Shown here piece by piece: positions 37,451 to 45,739 of a stretch of DNA of 64,000 nucleotides. The stretch is from Acidimicrobiia bacterium (GTDB taxonomy: Bacteria > Actinomycetota > Acidimicrobiia > IMCC26256 > JACDBD01), in the NCBI GenBank assembly GCA_051002235.1, contig JBPCMN010000042.1:2903-66902 (forward strand), given 5' to 3'. The notes beneath the pieces were generated by a model. That model ran no database searches, was not told the origin of the DNA, and was given only the letters and a program-made list of their open reading frames with translations. The translations under genes and the position numbers were made by a program. Position 1 is the first letter of the stretch. The number at the start of each line of letters is the position of its first letter.

Positions 37451-37755
37451 GGTGGATTCTACGGGCGGTTCGCGGGCGCTCGCAACGCGCCTCCCGGTCG
37501 CCCGCCGCGCCCGGTTTCCCCCGCGGCTACCGACCGTTGGTTGTGGACGCCTCCACTCGGACGCGGTTTTCGGCACGAACGCGCCCCTTGTCGCCGTGTC
37601 CGCCCGGTGCTACGTTCCGCGTTCTCGCCCGACGCCTCGGCCTCGTTCGGGCGCACTTCCCCGAGAGCCCAGCTCGACCAGGCCGCGCCAGCCGGGCGGA
37701 GGGGGCAACCGGCCCGCTCCATGTTCTTCCACACCTGTGGATGTTCCTGTGGACA
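37451..37755. promoter_or_regulatory. dnaA upstream region with DnaA-box-like sites
   Basis: GGTGGATT (37451-58), TTGTGGAC (37541-48), CTGTGGATG (37735-43) and CTGTGGACA (37747-55). The last two overlap the candidate dnaA start codons. Confidence 0.5.
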
Positions 37756-39152
37756 GTCGAGACCTGGGCGCGACAGCGGCCGATGACATCTGGGAGCAGG
37801 CCGCCGCGGTCCTCCGCGACCGCCTCGAGGACGGCGCGTGGAACACCTACTTCCACGGGGTCCGCTCCTTCGGGTTCGACGGCGATCGGCTCACGCTGGG
37901 CGTCCCCAGCACCCTGGTGGCGGAACGCATGCGTACCGCCTACGTCCCGCTGGTCAGCGAGGTCCTCGCCGAGGTGGTCGGCCACAAGGTCGACGTCGAC
38001 CTCGTCGTCGACACGGCCGAGCGGGACGACGAGCTGATCCGGCCGCCGGAACCGGTGCGCGTGCCCGCCACCGACCCGGGAGCCACCGACGCCGACCGGG
38101 GCATCTGGGCCTCGGGCAAGCTGATCCCCCGCTACACGTTCGACCAGTTCGTGATCGGAGCCAACAACCGCTTCGCCCACGCCGCCGCCCTCACCGTCGC
38201 CGAGGCCCCCGGTCGCTCCTACAATCCGCTGTTCATCTACGGCGTTGCCGGCCTGGGCAAGACCCACCTCCTCCACGCCGTCGGCCATCACGTCAAAACC
38301 GTGTACCCGACCAAACGCCTCCGCTACGTCTCGACCGAGACGTTCATGAACGAGTTCATCGACGCCATTCGCTCGAAGACCATGCCCGTGTTCAAGCGTC
38401 GGTACCGCGACCTCGACATGCTCCTCATGGACGACATCCAGTTCCTCGAGCGCACCCAGGAGCTCCAAGAAGAGTTCTTCCACACCTTCAACCAGCTCCA
38501 CGGCGACGGCGGCCAGATCGTCATCTCCTCCGACCGGGCACCGAAGTCGATGGACACCCTCGAGGACCGGCTCCGCAGCCGGTTCGAATGGGGCCTCAGC
38601 ACCGACATTCAGCCCCCCGAATTCGAGACCCGCTTGGCGATCCTGCGCAAGAAGGCGGAAGCCGAGCACTTCGACGCGATTCGCGACGATGTACTCGCTT
38701 TCATCGCGACCAACATCACCGACAACGTCCGCGAGCTCGAAGGCGCCCTCATCCGGGTGGCGGCGTTCGCCAAGCTCAACCGCGCGAGCGCCCTCTCGGC
38801 CGAGGTCGCCCACCAGGTCCTCGCCGACCTGCTCCCCCCGAAGAAGCCCCGGGTGATCACCCCCGAGCTCATCCTCGACGAGACCGCTCGCATGTTCGGC
38901 TGGACGATCGAGGACCTCTGCGGCAAGAGCCGACGACGCCCCCTCGTGACCGCCCGCCAGATCGGGATGTACGTGTTCCGGGAGTTGACCGATTACAGCT
39001 ACCCCCGGATCGCCGAGCAGTTCGGCGGCCGCGACCACACGACCGTCATGTACGCCGTCGACAAGATCAAGAAACAGATGCCCGAACGCACCGCGATCTT
39101 CACCCAGGTCAACGATCTCATCACCCGGATCAAGCTCGGCACCAGTGGATAA
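37737..39152 (+). CDS. dnaA: chromosomal replication initiator protein DnaA
   Basis: ORF 37047.. trimmed to GTG 37737 (or GTG 37749). Domain I DIWEQAAAVLRDRL, Walker A GVAGLGKTHLLHA, sensor motifs, C-terminal DHTTVMYA HTH. Confidence 0.95.
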   Translation: MDVPVDSRDLGATAADDIWEQAAAVLRDRLEDGAWNTYFHGVRSFGFDGDRLTLGVPSTLVAERMRTAYVPLVSEVLAEVVGHKVDVDLVVDTAERDDELIRPPEPVRVPATDPGATDADRGIWASGKLIPRYTFDQFVIGANNRFAHAAALTVAEAPGRSYNPLFIYGVAGLGKTHLLHAVGHHVKTVYPTKRLRYVSTETFMNEFIDAIRSKTMPVFKRRYRDLDMLLMDDIQFLERTQELQEEFFHTFNQLHGDGGQIVISSDRAPKSMDTLEDRLRSRFEWGLSTDIQPPEFETRLAILRKKAEAEHFDAIRDDVLAFIATNITDNVRELEGALIRVAAFAKLNRASALSAEVAHQVLADLLPPKKPRVITPELILDETARMFGWTIEDLCGKSRRRPLVTARQIGMYVFRELTDYSYPRIAEQFGGRDHTTVMYAVDKIKKQMPERTAIFTQVNDLITRIKLGTSG

Positions 39153-39395
39153 GGCTGTGGAAGCCTGGGGAGTCCACCGGGGATCGGGGGAGAACGACCC
39201 CCTTCCCCACGTCCTTCCACCGCTCCCTGTGGACAACGGTGGAGAACCGGTGGACTGGGATCGTCGGTCCCACCAGCCCCGGGACCGGGTTCTCCCCAAT
39301 CCACAGGCCCTATTACTACGGCTATCTACTATCAGTAGTTCTCCGTAGGGCAAGATCAGCACGACCGACCACACTCCTCGAGGGAGGACCACCGG
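39144..39395. other. oriC (dnaA-dnaN intergenic origin): DnaA-box cluster plus AT-rich unwinding element
   Basis: Perfect TTGTCCACA (reverse strand) at 39228-39236. Degenerate boxes at 39144-52, 39156-63, 39170-78, 39238-46, 39249-57 and 39297-305. AT-rich 39311-39340 (10/30 GC) contains palindrome CTACTATCAGTAG. Confidence 0.7.
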
Positions 39396-40493
39396 GTGAA
39401 GTTCCGTTGCGAGCGCGACACCCTCGCCGATGCCGTCGCCACCGCCCAGCGCGCGGTCGCGGCCCGGCCCGGGGCGCTTCCGGTGTTGTCGGGTCTGCGG
39501 CTAGGGCTCGGGGCCGACGGGGTGGAGCTGGTGGGCTCCGACCTCGAGCTCACGATTCGGGTCCAGGCGCCGGCCAACGTCGAGGGCGAGGGGAGCGCGG
39601 TCGTCCCTGCCCGGTTGTTGTCCGACATCGTGCGCAAGCTGGAGGCCGGTCAAGTCACGGTCGAGTTCGGTGACGAGGACGCGCGCATCGCAGGGGGCCG
39701 AGCCAACTTCGCGTTGCGGACGCTGCCGGCGTCCGACTTTCCGCGGCTTCCGGAGGTCGCGGGCGCCGGTGTCCGGGTCGAGGCAGGCGCGCTGGCGGAG
39801 GCCCTCCGACAGGTGGTGCCGGCGGCTTCCCGCGACGACGCCCGGCCGATCCTGACCGGAGTGCTGCTCACCGCGTCGGGCGAGGGCCTGCGGTTGGTGG
39901 CGACCGACTCCTACCGGCTCGCGGTCCGCGACCTCAAGGGAGTCACCCAGTTCCTCGAAGAAGGCCAGAAGGTGCTCGTGGCGGGGCGGGGACTCGCCGA
40001 GGTGCAGCGCCTCCTCGGCGGCGGTGAGATCGAAGTGGTCCTCGGCGACCGCGAGGTGGTGTTCCGGGTCGGCAAGACCGAGGTCACCGCCCGGCTCATC
40101 GAGGGCGACTTCCCCAACTACGAGCAGCTCATCCCGAGCGGGTACCCCAACCGGCTTACGGTCAGCCGGGATGTGCTCCACGCCGCGGTCGAGCGCGTCC
40201 GGCTCGTCGGTCAAGGTCGCGACACCGCGCCGATCCGGCTGGCGATGACGGCCGAGGGCCTGGAGCTCTCGGCGGTCGCCCAGGACGTCGGCGAGGCCCA
40301 CGAGGCGGTCGAGGCCAAGTACGAAGGCACCGACCTGACGGTGGCGTTCAACTCGCAGTTCCTGCTGGAGGGGATCGACGCCGCCGGCGCACCCGAGATC
40401 GTGATCGAGTCGATCGACCCGTTGAAGCCGGCCGTGCTGCGCGGCGACAACGCCGACTTCCTATACTTGTTGATGCCGGTCCGCATCTCCTGA
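39396..40493 (+). CDS. dnaN: DNA polymerase III beta sliding clamp
   Basis: MKFRCERDTLADAVATAQRAV... has the three-domain beta-clamp length (365 aa). SD GAGGGAGGA. Confidence 0.95.
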   Translation: MKFRCERDTLADAVATAQRAVAARPGALPVLSGLRLGLGADGVELVGSDLELTIRVQAPANVEGEGSAVVPARLLSDIVRKLEAGQVTVEFGDEDARIAGGRANFALRTLPASDFPRLPEVAGAGVRVEAGALAEALRQVVPAASRDDARPILTGVLLTASGEGLRLVATDSYRLAVRDLKGVTQFLEEGQKVLVAGRGLAEVQRLLGGGEIEVVLGDREVVFRVGKTEVTARLIEGDFPNYEQLIPSGYPNRLTVSRDVLHAAVERVRLVGQGRDTAPIRLAMTAEGLELSAVAQDVGEAHEAVEAKYEGTDLTVAFNSQFLLEGIDAAGAPEIVIESIDPLKPAVLRGDNADFLYLLMPVRIS

Positions 40494-40512
40494 ATCTCCG
40501 GGGCGGCGCCGC

Positions 40513-41637
40513 GTGAGAGTCACCGAGCTGGCCCTCACCGACTTCCGTTGCTACCGCTCGGCCCACCTCGTCCCCGCCCCCGGCGTGACCGTGATCGTCG
40601 GGGCCAACGGCCAGGGCAAGACCAGCCTGCTCGAAGCGGTGGGATGGGCCGCGACCGCGCGGTCGTTCCGGCGCGTGCCGGACGCGGTGCTCGTGCGCGC
40701 CGGCTGCGATCAGGCGATCCTGCGCGCCGAAGTGGAGGATGACGGCCGGGCTCAACTGCTCGAGGCCGAGGTGCGCGCCCAGGGCCGCAACCGGGTCCGG
40801 CTCAACCGCCACCCGGTGGCGCGGACCCGCGACCTCCTGGGCCTGCTGCGGGTCACCGTGTTCGGGCCCGACGACCTCGAGCTGGTCAAGGGCGGCCCGG
40901 CGGCGCGGCGGGGCTATCTCGACGACCTGCTGGTGGCCATCACCCCCCGCTACGAAGCCGCCCGGTCCGACTTCGAGCGGGTGCTTCGGCAACGCAACGC
41001 GCTCCTCCGCCAGGGCGTCACCGGCGACGACGCGGAGCGGACCCTGGCGGTGTTCGACGACCAGCTCGTCGGCGCGGGCGGCGAGCTCGTCCGCGGCCGC
41101 CTCGGGCTGGTCGACCGGCTGACCGGGCCGATCGGCGCCGCCTACCAGTCCCTGGCGGGAGGCGCCGCCGAGGTCGGCGCCGCCTACGAGGCCGAGTGGG
41201 CGGAGGGGCCGGTCCCTCCCGGCGCGGATGCGCCCGCTCCCGACGAGGTGGAGGAGCTCCTCCGGGCTGCGCTCGTCGCGCGGCACCGCCAGGAGCGCGA
41301 CCGGGGCGTCACCCTGGTCGGGCCGCACCGGGACGAGTGGCGGCTGCACGTCGACGGGCTCGACGCCCGGGCTCACGCTTCCCAGGGCGAGCAGCGCACC
41401 CTGGCCCTCGCGCTGCGCCTGGCCGGTCACCGCGTGTGCACCGACCTCGTCGGCCGCGCCCCCGTCCTGCTCCTCGACGACGTGTTCAGCGAGCTCGATC
41501 CCCAGCGAGCGGAGGCGCTGGTCGCGCACCTGCCCGACGGTCAGTCCCTCCTCACGACCGCTTCGTCGGTCCCGAACGGGATCCGTCCCGAGCGTCGTCT
41601 CCGGGTCGGCGACGGTCGCGTCGAGGAGGACGAGTGA
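40513..41637 (+). CDS. recF: DNA replication and repair protein RecF
   Basis: Walker A GANGQGKTSLLEA, signature SQGEQRTLALALRLA, Walker B LLLDDVFSELD. Confidence 0.95.
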   Translation: MRVTELALTDFRCYRSAHLVPAPGVTVIVGANGQGKTSLLEAVGWAATARSFRRVPDAVLVRAGCDQAILRAEVEDDGRAQLLEAEVRAQGRNRVRLNRHPVARTRDLLGLLRVTVFGPDDLELVKGGPAARRGYLDDLLVAITPRYEAARSDFERVLRQRNALLRQGVTGDDAERTLAVFDDQLVGAGGELVRGRLGLVDRLTGPIGAAYQSLAGGAAEVGAAYEAEWAEGPVPPGADAPAPDEVEELLRAALVARHRQERDRGVTLVGPHRDEWRLHVDGLDARAHASQGEQRTLALALRLAGHRVCTDLVGRAPVLLLDDVFSELDPQRAEALVAHLPDGQSLLTTASSVPNGIRPERRLRVGDGRVEEDE

Positions 41638-41951
41638 ACGACCGCCCCTCCAACGACGAGCCGGCCCGTCTCCGCGACACGCTGGCCGCGGTCGGCGCCG
41701 ACCTGGGACTTCCCGCCCCCGACGCCCTCGCAGCGCTGGCGCTGGGCTGGCCCGAGCTCGCGGGAGCAGAGCTGGCCGCGCACTCGCGGGTGGGGTCCCT
41801 GCGCGAGGGGGTTCTGACCGTCGTCGTCGACGCTCCCGGGTGGGCGACACCCCTCCGGTACCTCCAGCCGAAGGTGCTCGAGCGCGCCGCCGCGGCACTC
41901 GGCGAGGGGGTGGTCCGCGGCCTCCGGATCCGGGTCGAATCCTCCGCCTGA
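41634..41951 (+). CDS. DUF721 protein (DciA-like, Rv0004 position)
   Basis: GTG 41634 overlaps the recF stop. 105 aa. LAAHSRVGSLREGVLTVVVDAPGWATPLRYL is typical DUF721. Lies between recF and gyrB. Confidence 0.75.
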   Translation: MNDRPSNDEPARLRDTLAAVGADLGLPAPDALAALALGWPELAGAELAAHSRVGSLREGVLTVVVDAPGWATPLRYLQPKVLERAAAALGEGVVRGLRIRVESSA

Positions 41952-42096
41952 CGACCCGCCCGAGGGGCCCGTCCTACGCGTCGTCGACACACCTGTCTGG
42001 TAAACTGAGAGCAACGGTTTTAGGGGCTCTGACCAGGGGTTTCACCCTGAATCCGACCCTCGTCGGGTCCGCCCCCCCGACCCCGTCGAGACGCCG

Positions 42097-45000
42097 GTGA
42101 ACGTCCCCCCGGGCGAGTCCTCCGGCCAGAGAAAAAGGCGTTCTCGCTTGGCTTACGCGGCAAAAGACATCACCGTTCTGAAGGGCCTGGAGCCGGTCCG
42201 CGAGCGCCCCGGGATGTACATCGGGTCCACCGGCCCGTCGGGTCTGCACCACCTCGTCTACGAGGTTGTGGACAACTCGATCGACGAGGCGATGGCGGGG
42301 TACTGCGACCGCATCGACGTGACACTGCTGGCCGACGGCGGCTGCCGGGTGACCGACAACGGCCGCGGGATCCCGGTCGACAACCACCGCGACTTCAAGA
42401 ACAAGTCCGCCGCCGAGGTGATCATGACCACCCTTCACGCCGGCGGGAAGTTCGGCGGTGAGGGCTACAAGATCTCCGGCGGCCTGCACGGCGTCGGCGT
42501 GTCGGTGGTCAACGCGCTCTCCGACAAGCTCGACCTCGAGATCCACCGCGACGGCGGTAAATGGGAGCAGCACTTCGCCAAGGGCGGGAAGCCCCAGGGC
42601 AAGCTGCAGAAGGTCGCGACCTCGAGGAAGAAGGGCACGACCGTCACCTTCTGGCCCGACCCCCGCGTCTTCGAGGAGACCGAGTTCCGGGCCCAGACCA
42701 TCCTCGAGCGCCTGCGCGAGATGGCGTTCCTCAACAAGGGCCTCGAGATCCGCTTCGTCGACGAGCGCCCGCGTCCGAGGCTCGAGCAGACCTACAAGTA
42801 CTCCGGCGGCGTCGTCGACTTCGTCAAGCACCTCAACGCGTCGAAGGACCCACTGTTCAAGCGGGTCATCGCGCTCGAGGAGTCCTCGGCGAGCGGCGAG
42901 GTCGAGATCGCGATGCAGTGGAACACCGGTTTCCACGAGGGCCTCCACTCGTTCGCCAACAACATCGCTACGACCGAGGGAGGCATGCACGAGGAGGGCT
43001 TCAAGAAGGCCCTCACCAACGCGGTGAACAAGTACGCCAAGGTCAAGGGGCTGGTGAAGGACAAAGACGTCCAGCTGCTCGGCGAGGACATCCGCGAGGG
43101 AATGACCGCGATCCTCTCGGTCAAGTTGCAGAACCCGCAGTTCGAGGGGCAGACGAAGTCGAAGCTCGGCAACACCGAGATGCGGTCGTTCGTCGAGAAG
43201 GCCACCAACGAGAAACTGGGGGATTGGCTCGAGGAGCACCCGCCCGAGGCGCGCCAGATCATGGTCAAGGCGACCCAGGCCGCCCGGGCGCGCATCGCCG
43301 CCCGCCAGGCCCGCGACCTCACCCGGCGCAAGTCCCTCCTCGACTCCTCGGCGATGCCAGGCAAGCTCGCCGACTGCTCGTCGAACGACCCGAGCGAGAC
43401 CGAGTTGTTCATCGTCGAGGGCGACAGCGCCGGCGGCAGCGCCAAGCGGGCGCGCGACCCGCGTATCCAGGCGATCCTCCCGATCCGGGGGAAGATCCTC
43501 AACGTCGAGCGTGCACGCATCGACAAGATGCTCAAGAACGAGGAGATCCAGGCGCTCATCACCGCCATCGGCACCGGCGTAGCCGAGGACTTCGACGGCG
43601 AGAAGGTCCGGTACCACAAGGTGATCGTGATGTCGGTCGAGGGTGACGAGCCCGTCCTCCTTACCGACGAAGAAGGCCACCTGGAGCTCGAGCCGATCGG
43701 TCGGGTAGTTGACGGCTGGCTCGCCGACGGGATCGACACCCCCGGCATCTCCGCGGTGAGCGTCGACAAGATCAGCAAGCGGTCGCGCGTGTCTCCGATG
43801 AAGAAGGTCATCCGCCACCACTACCGGGGCTGGATGCACACACTCAAGACCGCGTACGGCCGATCGATCTCCGTCACCGCCGGCCACTCGGTCTACGTCT
43901 ACGAAGCCGGACGCATCACCACCCGCCCGGTCGCCCAGCTCGGGATCGGGGATCTCGTCGTCGCCCCTCGAAGGCTTCCGCGCGCCGAGCATGAGATCAC
44001 CAGCCTCGATCTCTTGGAGCTCTTCGTCGTCAACGGGCTCGGGCGCGGCCTGCGGGTCGACGGCGAGTCCGTCCGCCGGCGAAACGCCGACAGAGTTGCG
44101 GCGCAATACCCCGCCGAGTTCCGCGTCGACGATCGGCGTATGCAGCTTCCCGTAGCGGAGTGGAGGCGGCTCGCGGCGCGGCGGCGGGCGCTGGGTATCA
44201 CCCAGCAGCAGATGGCCGAAGCGATCGGCCACCGCCAGGCCTGCACGGTCAGCGAGTTCGAGACCGGCCGAACGAGGCCGAGCCGGGCCGCCTTCCGCGC
44301 CTACCTCGCCGTCGTGGGTGAGGACATCCCGGAGGCGGCCTTGGAGGCTCCGTCACGACTCGAGCGCTGGACCGATGAATCCGACGGTTCACACAACGCG
44401 CGGTGGCGCCGCGCCGGGCACTCGTGCCGCATGGATGAGTTGACCGTGGACGACCTCGTCCTGCTCGATGGTGAGGTGGAGGTTGTCCCCCAAGCTCATC
44501 GCGACAGAGCGTTCGGGCGGCACCTCCCGATCACCGAGGAACTCTGCTACTTCCTCGGCTGGTACGCCGCCGAAGGAACTACTGCCCGTCGTTCGCAGGT
44601 GGCGCTGGCGCTGGGCGAGGAGGACGCTCGATACATCCCCTCGATCATCAGCGCTATTCAATCCGTGTTTGGCGAGAACCCCCGGCTGCACATCGATCGT
44701 CGGCACGCGCGCTCATGGAAGCTGTACTTCCATTCTCCGCTGGCGGCGCGCCTCGTCGTTGCTTTGGGGCTCGGCGGCCACGCCCACGAGAAGCGTGTGC
44801 CGAACCTCATGTTCAACGTCAGCACCAAGTGTCAGACCGCCTTCCTCGAGGGGCTCTATCTCGGGGACGGCTCGAAGGGGTGTCAAGAAGGACGAGTGGT
44901 GTTCTCGACGGTGGCAAGCGCCCTGGCTACCGGCATTCTGTACCTCCTTGGGCAACTGGGCATCACCGCTTCAAGGTTTGCGGCAGCGGTTCCGCCCACA

Positions 45001-45708
45001 AACAATTTGGCGTCGGCGCAGACGGTGTACACGGTCCAAGCGAGCGGGAAGGATCAGCTGCTCGAGCTCGAGAACGTCTGGCGACGGGCGCCGAATGCCG
45101 ACCGGATGCGGAAGTACGCGACGTCTGGCCGACGCGGGTGGTCGAGATGGGTGCCCATCAGCGACGATCTCATGGCGCTGCCGGTGCGCTCGAATGTCGC
45201 CCGTCCCTTCAATGGGGACGTCTACGACCTATCCGTGGCGGACGACGAGAACTTCGTGTGCGGTCATGGTGGCGGGGTGCTGGTAAAAAATACTGACGCT
45301 GATGTAGATGGCAGCCACATCCGGACGCTCCTACTGACGTTCTTCTTCCGTCAGCTCCAGAACTTGATCACGCAGCGCTGTATCTACATCGCGCAGCCCC
45401 CGCTCTACCGCGCCGACATCGGCAAGGAGCGCCACTACCTCAAGGACGACGCCGCGCTCCGAGCCTTCGAGGCCGACCACGAAGGGCGCAAGCTCGAAGT
45501 GATGCGGTTCAAGGGCCTGGGCGAGATGGACTGGGAAGAGCTCAAGGTCACGACCATGGACCCGGCGACGAGGACGCTCCTCCAGATCTCGGCGGAGGAC
45601 GCCGCCATCGCCGACGAGGTGTTCTCGAAGCTCATGGGCGAGGACGTCGAGACCCGCCGTCACTTCATTCAAGAGAACGCCAAGGACGTCCGCTTCATCG
45701 ACGCCTGA
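42097..45708 (+). CDS. gyrB: DNA gyrase subunit B, interrupted by a 553-aa intein (650 aa after splicing)
   Basis: GHKL ATPase (LHHLVYEVVDNSIDEA), Toprim (ELFIVEGDSAGGSA). The motif YHKVIVM | TDADVDGSHIRTLLLTFF is split by the insertion. Confidence 0.95.
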   Translation: MNVPPGESSGQRKRRSRLAYAAKDITVLKGLEPVRERPGMYIGSTGPSGLHHLVYEVVDNSIDEAMAGYCDRIDVTLLADGGCRVTDNGRGIPVDNHRDFKNKSAAEVIMTTLHAGGKFGGEGYKISGGLHGVGVSVVNALSDKLDLEIHRDGGKWEQHFAKGGKPQGKLQKVATSRKKGTTVTFWPDPRVFEETEFRAQTILERLREMAFLNKGLEIRFVDERPRPRLEQTYKYSGGVVDFVKHLNASKDPLFKRVIALEESSASGEVEIAMQWNTGFHEGLHSFANNIATTEGGMHEEGFKKALTNAVNKYAKVKGLVKDKDVQLLGEDIREGMTAILSVKLQNPQFEGQTKSKLGNTEMRSFVEKATNEKLGDWLEEHPPEARQIMVKATQAARARIAARQARDLTRRKSLLDSSAMPGKLADCSSNDPSETELFIVEGDSAGGSAKRARDPRIQAILPIRGKILNVERARIDKMLKNEEIQALITAIGTGVAEDFDGEKVRYHKVIVMSVEGDEPVLLTDEEGHLELEPIGRVVDGWLADGIDTPGISAVSVDKISKRSRVSPMKKVIRHHYRGWMHTLKTAYGRSISVTAGHSVYVYEAGRITTRPVAQLGIGDLVVAPRRLPRAEHEITSLDLLELFVVNGLGRGLRVDGESVRRRNADRVAAQYPAEFRVDDRRMQLPVAEWRRLAARRRALGITQQQMAEAIGHRQACTVSEFETGRTRPSRAAFRAYLAVVGEDIPEAALEAPSRLERWTDESDGSHNARWRRAGHSCRMDELTVDDLVLLDGEVEVVPQAHRDRAFGRHLPITEELCYFLGWYAAEGTTARRSQVALALGEEDARYIPSIISAIQSVFGENPRLHIDRRHARSWKLYFHSPLAARLVVALGLGGHAHEKRVPNLMFNVSTKCQTAFLEGLYLGDGSKGCQEGRVVFSTVASALATGILYLLGQLGITASRFAAAVPPTNNLASAQTVYTVQASGKDQLLELENVWRRAPNADRMRKYATSGRRGWSRWVPISDDLMALPVRSNVARPFNGDVYDLSVADDENFVCGHGGGVLVKNTDADVDGSHIRTLLLTFFFRQLQNLITQRCIYIAQPPLYRADIGKERHYLKDDAALRAFEADHEGRKLEVMRFKGLGEMDWEELKVTTMDPATRTLLQISAEDAAIADEVFSKLMGEDVETRRHFIQENAKDVRFIDA
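43633..45291 (+). mobile_element. GyrB intein with LAGLIDADG homing endonuclease and XRE-type HTH insert
   Basis: Block A SVEGDEPVLL, block B TAGH, LAGLIDADG motifs YFLGWYAAEGT and FLEGLYLGDGS, blocks F/G VYDLSVADDENFVCG...GVLVKN followed by T(+1). Confidence 0.85.
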
Positions 45709-45739
45709 GCGGGCGCGGAACACGAGGAGAATCACCGGC

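Noticed and set aside
37047-37736. 230-codon N-terminal extension of the dnaA ORF
   Set aside because: It runs antisense over rnpA/rpmH and through the promoter region. DnaA domain I begins just after GTG 37737/37749.
42048-42054. Isolated GTTTCAC half-sites (also CGTGGAACA at ~37835) as parS
   Set aside because: Only half-site matches with no palindromic partner. Likely chance occurrences.
41990-42096. Possible TPP riboswitch in the gyrB leader because of a CTGAGAG string
   Set aside because: It lacks the rest of the THI-box (no CTGG..ACCAGCG-type pyrimidine-sensor helix). A gyrB context makes no sense for TPP control.
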